Virus record (IMG/VR): IMGVR_UViG_3300029305_010146
Source of the DNA: an uncultured virus (IMG/VR IMGVR_UViG_3300029305_010146)
Taxonomy: Duplodnaviria > Heunggongvirae > Uroviricota > Caudoviricetes
Reading direction: 5' to 3' (one strand)
Length of the DNA stretch: 48,231 nucleotides
Shown here in pieces: positions 18,268 through 25,794 of this stretch. Each line of letters opens with the position of its first letter. Positions within the stretch are counted from its first letter, which is position 1. A program made the position numbers and the translations under genes. The notes under the pieces were generated by a model. It was not told the origin of the DNA, searched no databases, and worked only from the letters and a program-made list of their open reading frames with translations.

Positions 18268-20140
18268 ACAGTTTTGCAATTGTAAATTTGCTTTTCACAT
18301 CTCCACAATTGATAAGGAGAGTGTTATAGGGAGATTTCTCGACAACATCTTCCACCATATTGTAATTAGTAACATCAAGAGCATCTGTGTTATCCAAAAC
18401 GATTGTGTCGAAGTTAATTAACTTACAAATCAAAGATTTAAAAGCATAATTTACCACAACTCTTTCGCCAGTGGAAACTTCATTGATGTTGATTTCGCCA
18501 AGAGGTGTAACAATACAAATATCGAGATTTGCTCCATCGAACAAGAACTTAATCTTCCAATCACTCTTAATTTCAAACAAGATTTGATTCAATCCAGTTT
18601 CAATAGGAGTAATGATTTTTTCAAAAATCTTATTAGGAAGAACATTGAGCTCCTGCAGAATGAAAGAATACATTGCTGTAATTTTCTCTGCTTCCTCAAG
18701 ATTTTTCTTATTTTCCTCCAAACGCTTTACTGCATCTGCAATCTTCGAGGCATCGACGATTCTCTGCTTCACAGCAGTCAGTTCATTTCTCTTCTGCTCC
18801 AGAACACTCTTTTTCGCTTTTGTATCGACGATTGTGATTGACTTTGCTTTTGCTTCATTCAATTCAACACTCTTCTCAATGGCGCTGATTTTACCTTCAA
18901 TTGAGGCAAAAGCAGTTCTTTCTCTCTGCATATCGCTTCTCTTTTTAGTAAGTGTAACGACACTTCTTCGAGTTTCGTCTTTGTTCTTGGTGATTTCGGA
19001 AATGTTCTTTTCTATTTCTGCAATTTGGCTTTTCAACTCCGCAATCTTTGCGTCAACCTTCTTGCACTCTTCTCGCAATGCCTCAACTTCCTCATTGAGT
19101 TTATTTTTGGCATCGCTCATATTTGTCGTGCAAGGCAAACCAGCATACAAAGGACAAGTTGTAGTTGTGGAAAGGGTGTTCAAAATTTCCTTTTTACCCT
19201 TACCATTCTCAATTATAACCTGTCTTTGCGTGTTTACATCAGACAAAGAGTTGATTAACTGCAAGTGTGTTTTATTGAGTTCAATTAACTGTCGCTCATA
19301 ATCGGCACACTTCTGTTCTTCTCTTTCGATTTCAGCAATAATTGCTTCAACATCGCTTTCTGTGTACTGACAAACCTTTTGTTTTAACTGTTCGATTTCA
19401 GCACGACTTGTCGCAATATTCTGTTCGATGTCGGAACGAACTTTTGCATCTTTTTCGATAGCGAAGATTTCCCCAACAATTTTTTCAATATCCGTTTCGA
19501 TTGCTGTACTTTGTGCTACCAAAGTTCCAACATCTACAACTGTAACATTTTCATAAGGGGCATCAGTTTCGACCAATACTCGCATACTTTTGATTACACG
19601 ATTGCTTTCGGTTCTCATTGCATAGAATTTCTTATATGCCTTATTGATGGCAGGAATAGTGATAATATCAATATTCTCACCAGCAAAATATCTTTTTACA
19701 CTTGCCAGTGCTTCGTTCTCCAACTGCGTAAAAGAAAGAACCTTGTCAACATCTAATTGCATAGATGCGACTTTAAGCATTGTCTCTCCGTCCAATACAG
19801 TTTCAGTATCAAACAGGGAACAAAGAACATCGGGATTGTAACCAATTTTGTTCAAATGCTCATACATCGCAATTTCAGAACACACTTTCCCGTTCACACG
19901 AATAGTAGTGTTGCCATTTTTCTTTTGACGCGAAATTGTGATGCCAGAGAATTCAATGGTTCCGCTTCCTTCCGTTTCTCCATTTTTCAAAGACAAGCCC
20001 TTTCCCGTCAAAACAAAGTAAGGTGTCTTTGCGATAGTACTTTTGCCCGCACCATTAATGCCACAAAGTACAATTTTGTCATTCACATCAACAGTTTTGG
20101 GACTGCCGATAGAACGAAGATTATTTGCTGTTATTTTCAT
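18266..20140 (-). CDS. Rad50/SbcC-like ABC-type coiled-coil ATPase
   Basis: Walker A GINGAGKST, long coiled coil with central CPLYAGLPC, signature VSTGE, and Walker B/D-loop IVLDNTDALD. Confidence 0.8.
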   Translation of the reverse strand: MKITANNLRSIGSPKTVDVNDKIVLCGINGAGKSTIAKTPYFVLTGKGLSLKNGETEGSGTIEFSGITISRQKKNGNTTIRVNGKVCSEIAMYEHLNKIGYNPDVLCSLFDTETVLDGETMLKVASMQLDVDKVLSFTQLENEALASVKRYFAGENIDIITIPAINKAYKKFYAMRTESNRVIKSMRVLVETDAPYENVTVVDVGTLVAQSTAIETDIEKIVGEIFAIEKDAKVRSDIEQNIATSRAEIEQLKQKVCQYTESDVEAIIAEIEREEQKCADYERQLIELNKTHLQLINSLSDVNTQRQVIIENGKGKKEILNTLSTTTTCPLYAGLPCTTNMSDAKNKLNEEVEALREECKKVDAKIAELKSQIAEIEKNISEITKNKDETRRSVVTLTKKRSDMQRERTAFASIEGKISAIEKSVELNEAKAKSITIVDTKAKKSVLEQKRNELTAVKQRIVDASKIADAVKRLEENKKNLEEAEKITAMYSFILQELNVLPNKIFEKIITPIETGLNQILFEIKSDWKIKFLFDGANLDICIVTPLGEININEVSTGERVVVNYAFKSLICKLINFDTIVLDNTDALDVTNYNMVEDVVEKSPYNTLLINCGDVKSKFTIAKL

Positions 20141-20154
20141 ATTGCCTCCTATTT

Positions 20155-20607
20155 TTAACCGAAATCGTAAACAGATATATCTCCTATATCAGTGTCTTCT
20201 TCATAGAGAACATTGTAATGCTCCCTAATCATATCTGCCAACTGTTCCTCGGTTAACTGTTTTTCAAAATCTGACATTTGCCATGGCATACATTTGCACA
20301 TTACCAGATACAGTCTGGAATTTTCATCAGAAAGTGCTTCCATGAAGTCGCATCCATATCTTTCGTTCATGACTTTTGCAATAATGAAAGGAATACCAGT
20401 GTAGTAATCCTGTTCAATTTCAGCAAAATCATCAACAGTTGCTTCTTCGTATTTCACATCCCAATCTTCCAATTGTTCTGTGACTTCTTTCCTAAATTCT
20501 GGTGCGAATTCAAGCAACTTTCGAATCTTATCTGGTGTGGTATTTGTACCACATCGATGGTCAAATTGAATTCCATAACCTCGTGTCTCATAACTCTGCA
20601 TTCCCAT
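20155..20607 (-). CDS. Acidic hypothetical protein, co-transcribed with the SbcC-like gene
   Basis: AGGAGG RBS, 150-aa ORF; no family recognised. Confidence 0.7.
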   Translation of the reverse strand: MGMQSYETRGYGIQFDHRCGTNTTPDKIRKLLEFAPEFRKEVTEQLEDWDVKYEEATVDDFAEIEQDYYTGIPFIIAKVMNERYGCDFMEALSDENSRLYLVMCKCMPWQMSDFEKQLTEEQLADMIREHYNVLYEEDTDIGDISVYDFG

Positions 20608-20692
20608 ATTTAATTCCTCCTTTTTATATTAATATTTATGGGTAATATAATAATATTTTTTAATCTTTTTTCCTTCAAGAATTTCTATATTT

Positions 20693-20721
20693 ATTATACC
20701 ATAATCCAACGAAAATGTCAA
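20693..20721 (-). promoter_or_regulatory. Consensus extended sigma-A promoter for the minus-strand operon
   Basis: Minus strand TTGACA-17 nt-TATAAT with TG. Confidence 0.8.
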
Positions 20722-20856
20722 CAAAAAAATTAAAATCTTTTTTCTTGATTTTGAATAAAAAGTTGATTATTATATATTTACAATATTTAGTTCAGAAAGG
20801 AGGGAGCGAGGTGAGGATAAAACCTCTCGCACAAAAGTGCAACCCCGCGTAACATT

Positions 20857-21258
20857 ATGACCCCTGTTGATTTTTCTACATTAGAAGTCGTGATTTTTTT
20901 ACTAATTGACTTTGTCATCCTCGCTTCAATTGTTGCTGGCATCTTTTTCCTTGTTTTGTTCTTAAAGACAAGAAAGCAAAAACGTATAAAAGTTGTTAAC
21001 CTTAACGATTTAGATGCTTTCAAAAATAAGAATCTGCAGATGGAAACCGATATTTCTATTCAACAGAACAGACCTGTTGCTCCATCTACAATTTCAAGTG
21101 CAGCAACAGAGCAAGCAACTTATAGTCCTCCCCCTATGAGAAATGCTGGTGTTGATAATCAAAGAATGTTCAACTGCCAGATGCAACAGACACAACAACA
21201 AATGAATGACACTTTCGTTGCTACCCAAGGCAACAATACAAATTATTTTAATATGTGA
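20857..21258 (+). CDS. Single-TM membrane protein with Gln/Asn-rich tail (true start uncertain)
   Basis: Hydrophobic helix followed by KTRKQKR. No RBS next to the ATG; the strong RBS is at 20796-20803. Confidence 0.65.
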   Translation: MTPVDFSTLEVVIFLLIDFVILASIVAGIFFLVLFLKTRKQKRIKVVNLNDLDAFKNKNLQMETDISIQQNRPVAPSTISSAATEQATYSPPPMRNAGVDNQRMFNCQMQQTQQQMNDTFVATQGNNTNYFNM

Positions 21259-21269
21259 GGTGATTAATC

Positions 21270-21527
21270 ATGGGTGCTCATTTCAATAGTAACATGCTTA
21301 TAGGATTGATATTGGTTGTGTTCGCAATTGCTATGTTTATTAGTATTGTGTACAACCGCTACAAGACAAGTGGTTTCAAAGGTAAACTCCCCGTGATTAT
21401 CGTGTCTGCGGTAGTTGGAGTTATCGGTTTGGTATTATTTATTATGGGTGTTGTTTATGAATGGCCAAATTTAGTTGGTGCAGAAGAAACCGCTCAAATA
21501 GTTGATACAATAAAATTTCTATTATAA
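21270..21527 (+). CDS. Small two-TM membrane protein
   Basis: GAGGTG RBS; two hydrophobic helices. Confidence 0.7.
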   Translation: MGAHFNSNMLIGLILVVFAIAMFISIVYNRYKTSGFKGKLPVIIVSAVVGVIGLVLFIMGVVYEWPNLVGAEETAQIVDTIKFLL

Positions 21528-21678
21528 TCAACCATAATTGTCTTAAGACATTTGTAATATGAATAATTACGATATGGTAAAGAAAAAATAAAGTGCACTT
21601 ATTTTTTCAGAGTTTCTTATAGAACGAGGAGTGCGACCCTTTATCTATATCAAACTCCCCGTAAAACGGAGTTAAATC

Positions 21679-21708
21679 AATCGCCACAATGTTTTGTGGC
21701 GATTTTTT
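21679..21708 (+). terminator. Rho-independent terminator
   Basis: AATCGCCACAA-TGTT-TTGTGGCGATT followed by a T run. Confidence 0.85.
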
Positions 21709-21709
21709 A

Positions 21710-21738
21710 TTGACATTTCAAAAAAAACACTTCATAAT
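21710..21738 (+). promoter_or_regulatory. sigma-A promoter of the ssb operon
   Basis: TTGACA-17 nt-CATAAT. Confidence 0.7.
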
Positions 21739-21793
21739 TACATAAAGTGCATCCGCACTAATATTTTTATTTTTCGAAAGGGGAAATATTTAA

Positions 21794-22570
21794 ATGGCAA
21801 GAGAAAATACCATTACTTTAGTAGGTGAGGTCAGTAGTCCTCTCACCATTACTCTCAACAAAGTTCATTCTACATACAGAGTTGCTTTTAATTTAAAAAC
21901 ACTTCGTAGAAATAATAGAACTGATTTTCCAAGAGTAAATGTCTTTGGACTCACAGAAGAACAGGCACGTAAAATGTACGAAGAATTCAAAATTGGCGAA
22001 TTCGTTATGGTTCGTGGCATGGTGTCTACAAAAATGGTCAAAAAAGTTATCAAATGTGAAGGTTGCGGTAAAGAATACGAATCTGATGCTCTCGTAACAG
22101 AAGTTATCGCATACTCTGCTCCAGTTCATCTCAATGGTGAATATGAAGCAAACGACTTGAAAGAGTTTGCAAACAACTTGCATATGATTGGTGCTGTATG
22201 CTCCGAAATTCAGTCAAGACAAAGTCCTTCTGGTGTTTCTATGACACAGTATCAGGTTGCTGTCAACAGAAAATATCATGTTAAAGAAAAGGAAGATAAA
22301 ACTGATTTTCCTTGGGTAAAAACATTTGGTAGACAAGCGGAGGAAGACGAAAAGCATCTTAAAGTTTCCTCACAAATTTACATCAACGGTGCTATCCAAA
22401 CACGCGAGGTTAACAAGAGCATTGTTTGCGACGAATGCGAATCTACTATTAAATATGTAGAAAATCTTGGTGAAATTGTGCCACAGGATGTAGAATATCT
22501 CAATAATTGTGTATTTGATGAAACCGAAAAGAAAGAAAACGACACAGAAATTACTACAGTTAATGAATAA
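21794..22570 (+). CDS. ssb: Single-stranded DNA-binding protein with two tandem OB folds, each carrying a CxxC
   Basis: Repeat 1: NTITLVG...RTDFPRVNVFG...VMVRGMVST...CEGC. Repeat 2: NNLHMIG...VAVNR...KTDFPWVKTFGRQAE...INGAIQTR...CDEC. Confidence 0.85.
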   Translation: MARENTITLVGEVSSPLTITLNKVHSTYRVAFNLKTLRRNNRTDFPRVNVFGLTEEQARKMYEEFKIGEFVMVRGMVSTKMVKKVIKCEGCGKEYESDALVTEVIAYSAPVHLNGEYEANDLKEFANNLHMIGAVCSEIQSRQSPSGVSMTQYQVAVNRKYHVKEKEDKTDFPWVKTFGRQAEEDEKHLKVSSQIYINGAIQTREVNKSIVCDECESTIKYVENLGEIVPQDVEYLNNCVFDETEKKENDTEITTVNE

Positions 22571-22588
22571 TTAAAGGGGGTATAAACC

Positions 22589-23392
22589 ATGAGAAGAAAG
22601 AAAAACCAACAGCAAGATGAAGGTTTTTTCATTGAGACTATTGATTTGTCTCCCTCTAATAACATAACACCCCCTCCAAGTAATTCAAATTATGGCAATC
22701 AGCCTACACCTTCTTTCGATGCAGGAATGTCAGAAAGAATTAATGAAAAACGCTTTGCAAAACGAGTTGGCAAAAAAATTAAAAATAATTTGGTTAAAAT
22801 TATTGCTTTTATACTTTGTCTTTACATGGTTTTCTTAATTGTTGGAGCATTAACTACCAACTATTATATTGATTCAGAAACAGGTACAAGACAACCAATT
22901 TTCGTAACCTTTAGCGATGTTGCAAAGAAGAAAGATTATAATGCACTCAAAGACGAGATGGCACAACTTCGCTCTGTTCTTGTAGATGTCCGAATTATTG
23001 AAATTAAGTATAATAATGGCGACATTGATGCAAGTGAAGCGGCATCAAGATATAACAAGCAATTGAGTAGAATCGATGTTATAATTCCAAAACTACAAGC
23101 ATTAAATGTAGGTGACGGCCAAGTGGCAATAAAAGAAGCAATGTTAACTTGTTACAAAAACTATTTAGCAGGTTATTTACAAGAAATGTACAAAGGTTTA
23201 ACCGCAAGCGATGCAACTGCGGTTAATTCTGCACTTAAATATCGTGAATATATGTTAAATAGTTATTTTGATAGCGAAACTTCTCTTGAAAAACTTGGAG
23301 AAAAACTAAAACTCAAAGATGAGTTTTTCGATTGGGAATTAGATAAGGCGGCCGCCGAAAAAGACCCAACAGCAATTTTAAAAAATAAATAA
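22589..23392 (+). CDS. Single-TM protein with helical extracytoplasmic domain
   Basis: One hydrophobic helix after a basic stretch; no family recognised. Confidence 0.7.
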   Translation: MRRKKNQQQDEGFFIETIDLSPSNNITPPPSNSNYGNQPTPSFDAGMSERINEKRFAKRVGKKIKNNLVKIIAFILCLYMVFLIVGALTTNYYIDSETGTRQPIFVTFSDVAKKKDYNALKDEMAQLRSVLVDVRIIEIKYNNGDIDASEAASRYNKQLSRIDVIIPKLQALNVGDGQVAIKEAMLTCYKNYLAGYLQEMYKGLTASDATAVNSALKYREYMLNSYFDSETSLEKLGEKLKLKDEFFDWELDKAAAEKDPTAILKNK

Positions 23393-23406
23393 GGAGTGTT
23401 TTTAAT

Positions 23407-24828
23407 ATGGCAGACGAAATTTCCTTGCGCTCTATGCAACAGTATATACAGCAATTAGAATCCCAATTGAGAATGAAGACAGAGCAAGTCGAAGAGCTCA
23501 ACAAGTATGTCTCTGATGCGTCATCTGCTGTTCAGCAAACGATTAACCAATGCAGAAAATTCTGCACCTCCATTTTGGAAGGCGAATTAGCATCTGGTAG
23601 AATAACACAAAAAGAAATCGAATCTCTCTCACTTACCGACCTTTTGGCTCGTGCAAAATCCGTTTACAATGCTAATCAGCAAAAATCGAGAGAAATTTAT
23701 ACAAAATTTTCTGAAAAAATTGAAGAAAAAAACAGAATGATTGAAGGACTGCAAGCACAGGTTTCACAGTTAATGATTCAACTTAATAGTGCAGACCCAA
23801 CAGCAATTCCAGAAGTGTCTGATGTTGAAAATTTAACGAGTGCACCAGTTTTTCCTATGGGAACATCGTTTGGAAACAAGGACAAAGGCATTAATCCCTC
23901 AAGACAAGCACTTACCGCAGCGAAGATTCTTGGAGACGGGGATGAGTCAGTTGTAAGTTTTTCTGATAAAGTTGCGACTGAAACTAACCTTAACTCAAAC
24001 GGTGTTATCAATAACGAAGCATTCAAAAAAAACTATCACATGATTGATTTAGATAAATTTATGAAAGATATTACTCCTCCAATGTGGTTGGTTATTCAAA
24101 CCATTGGTGAACAAGGAATCAATGAGCAAACTGAAATCAAAGCATTTATTTTGCAAAACCTTGTAGGAACAGACTCTTCTATAAATGACTCTACAATCAA
24201 TATTGCAATTTCTAATTTAATGAGAATGCAAATTCTCAAGAGAATTAAAATTGTATGCGGTAACAGATGGTTTTACATTTTTGAACTTGATGAAATGGGT
24301 GTTCGTGCTTACATTGGCAAATATTCAAAGAAACCAGTTATGAGCGAAGCACAAAAACTCATTAAGGAACACGACAACATCAAGCATGGTTATCTTATCA
24401 AAGAAGCATCTATGATTATGAAGAGTAAGTTTGATTACGAAAGTGTTTCTACATCAAGAAAAGTTAATTATATTAGATTGCCCAATGGAAAAGCCTGTAT
24501 TCCCGATATTACTTGTGCAAAACGAGGTCAAGTTGATTATTACGAAGTCGAATGTGGCAACCACAACCAAGAAGACTTCAATGATAAGTGCAACAAATAC
24601 AGAATGGTAACAAAAACAATCCACTTTGTTGTTCCGCAAAACGAAGTTCTCAAAACATTGCAATCTCAAATTACTGCTTGGATTAAATCCTGCGGTGGTC
24701 ATGCAGTGCTACAAAAAGGTGAAATGGTAGTTAAAGTAACTACCATGAAAAAATTACTTGAAAATAAGTGGGAACTCGTATATGATATGAGTAGCGATGA
24801 ACCAACAACATCGCAAAATCTTGTTTAA
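23407..24828 (+). CDS. Coiled-coil plus wHTH plus PD-(D/E)xK nuclease-fold protein, Replic_Relax-like (candidate relaxase/initiator)
   Basis: N-terminal heptad repeats; wHTH-like INIAISNLMRMQILKR...FELDEMG; IKHGY; IPDI...YYEVECG...DKCNKY, matching the H...PD...ExD/E.G...K..KY pattern. Confidence 0.55.
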   Translation: MADEISLRSMQQYIQQLESQLRMKTEQVEELNKYVSDASSAVQQTINQCRKFCTSILEGELASGRITQKEIESLSLTDLLARAKSVYNANQQKSREIYTKFSEKIEEKNRMIEGLQAQVSQLMIQLNSADPTAIPEVSDVENLTSAPVFPMGTSFGNKDKGINPSRQALTAAKILGDGDESVVSFSDKVATETNLNSNGVINNEAFKKNYHMIDLDKFMKDITPPMWLVIQTIGEQGINEQTEIKAFILQNLVGTDSSINDSTINIAISNLMRMQILKRIKIVCGNRWFYIFELDEMGVRAYIGKYSKKPVMSEAQKLIKEHDNIKHGYLIKEASMIMKSKFDYESVSTSRKVNYIRLPNGKACIPDITCAKRGQVDYYEVECGNHNQEDFNDKCNKYRMVTKTIHFVVPQNEVLKTLQSQITAWIKSCGGHAVLQKGEMVVKVTTMKKLLENKWELVYDMSSDEPTTSQNLV

Positions 24829-24870
24829 ACACCAGATTTTTAAACAATAACAAGAAAGGAGCTGGTTTGA

Positions 24871-25050
24871 ATGGGTGATTTCCTCACTACTTTTTCAGCA
24901 TTCAACCAAAATGCTTTTTTTGAAATTTGTTATTTTGTTTCTACAAATCTTGCAACTATCCTCGGTCTTGGAGCAATTGGATATTTGTTATTTACAGAAA
25001 TCCTCGCTACCGACGAAAATGCAGTTAGAGACGAAAGACAAATCATTTAA
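24871..25050 (+). CDS. 59-aa membrane microprotein (absent from the ORF track)
   Basis: AAAGGAG RBS; translation MGDFLTTFSAFNQNAFFEICYFVSTNLATILGLGAIGYLLFTEILATDENAVRDERQII. Confidence 0.7.
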   Translation: MGDFLTTFSAFNQNAFFEICYFVSTNLATILGLGAIGYLLFTEILATDENAVRDERQII

Positions 25051-25113
25051 TGCATTTCGTCGGAGTCGATGCTAATATTATGTCACAGCGACAAATTAAC
25101 GTTTAAAAAGATG

Positions 25114-25147
25114 AAATGCAAAACAGTTTTTCTGTTTTGCATTTTTT
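25114..25147 (+). terminator. Rho-independent terminator
   Basis: AAATGCAAAACAG-TTTTT-CTGTTTTGCATTT followed by a T run. Confidence 0.8.
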
Positions 25148-25148
25148 C

Positions 25149-25177
25149 TTGATTTATCTTAAAAAATTGATTATACT
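25149..25177 (+). promoter_or_regulatory. sigma-A promoter for the membrane protein and Ser-rich ATPase operon
   Basis: TTGATT-17 nt-TATACT. Confidence 0.6.
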
Positions 25178-25213
25178 CTATTCAAATTCAAAAAACGAAA
25201 GGGGTGCATTAAT

Positions 25214-25771
25214 ATGTTTGGAAAAGATAAATATGTTCCAAAAAGTTCAAACGAGATTGTCTACCACAGTAAAGTCTCCTCACAAGATATTTGGCCAAAA
25301 GTTTTTGCTTGTGTTGTCTATATCGTGTCATTCCTGCTTTGGATGTATTTAGATAAAGCATATTATAATTTCGGAAGTAACATAATTACTCCTCTCACAG
25401 CGGCAATGTATGTTGTAGGTGCTGTGTTTGCAATTCTCTTGCCAAGTCAGAAAAAGGAAACGGTTAATCACACAAAATGGTTCGTAATCGGATATTTAGC
25501 AATAATGTTCGTTTATAAATTTGTAATTGCTGCCGTCGGCGGTGTTTCTTCCGATAGTTTAGCGGCCGCTTTCAATCAAGCACTTCCAACCACAACAGGA
25601 ACTGCTATTTCTGGTTGGTTACAAAATTTACTTTGGATTATCGCAATCACTTATCCAATCACTTTCTTTACGTTCCAAGCAAAGAAAATTCCACAATTTA
25701 TCAAGACTAGAAGTAAAGCACAAGCAATTAGACAAATTAGAGATATACGCGATAATACTAAACCTTATTAA
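25214..25771 (+). CDS. Four-TM integral membrane protein, co-transcribed with the Ser-rich ATPase
   Basis: Four hydrophobic helices and a basic C-terminal tail. Confidence 0.75.
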   Translation: MFGKDKYVPKSSNEIVYHSKVSSQDIWPKVFACVVYIVSFLLWMYLDKAYYNFGSNIITPLTAAMYVVGAVFAILLPSQKKETVNHTKWFVIGYLAIMFVYKFVIAAVGGVSSDSLAAAFNQALPTTTGTAISGWLQNLLWIIAITYPITFFTFQAKKIPQFIKTRSKAQAIRQIRDIRDNTKPY

Positions 25772-25794
25772 TATTATAGAAAGGAGAATACTTT

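Noticed and set aside
24875..25075. 66-aa ORF from the track
   Set aside because: The overlapping frame starting at ATG 24871 has the better-spaced RBS and a coherent TM peptide.
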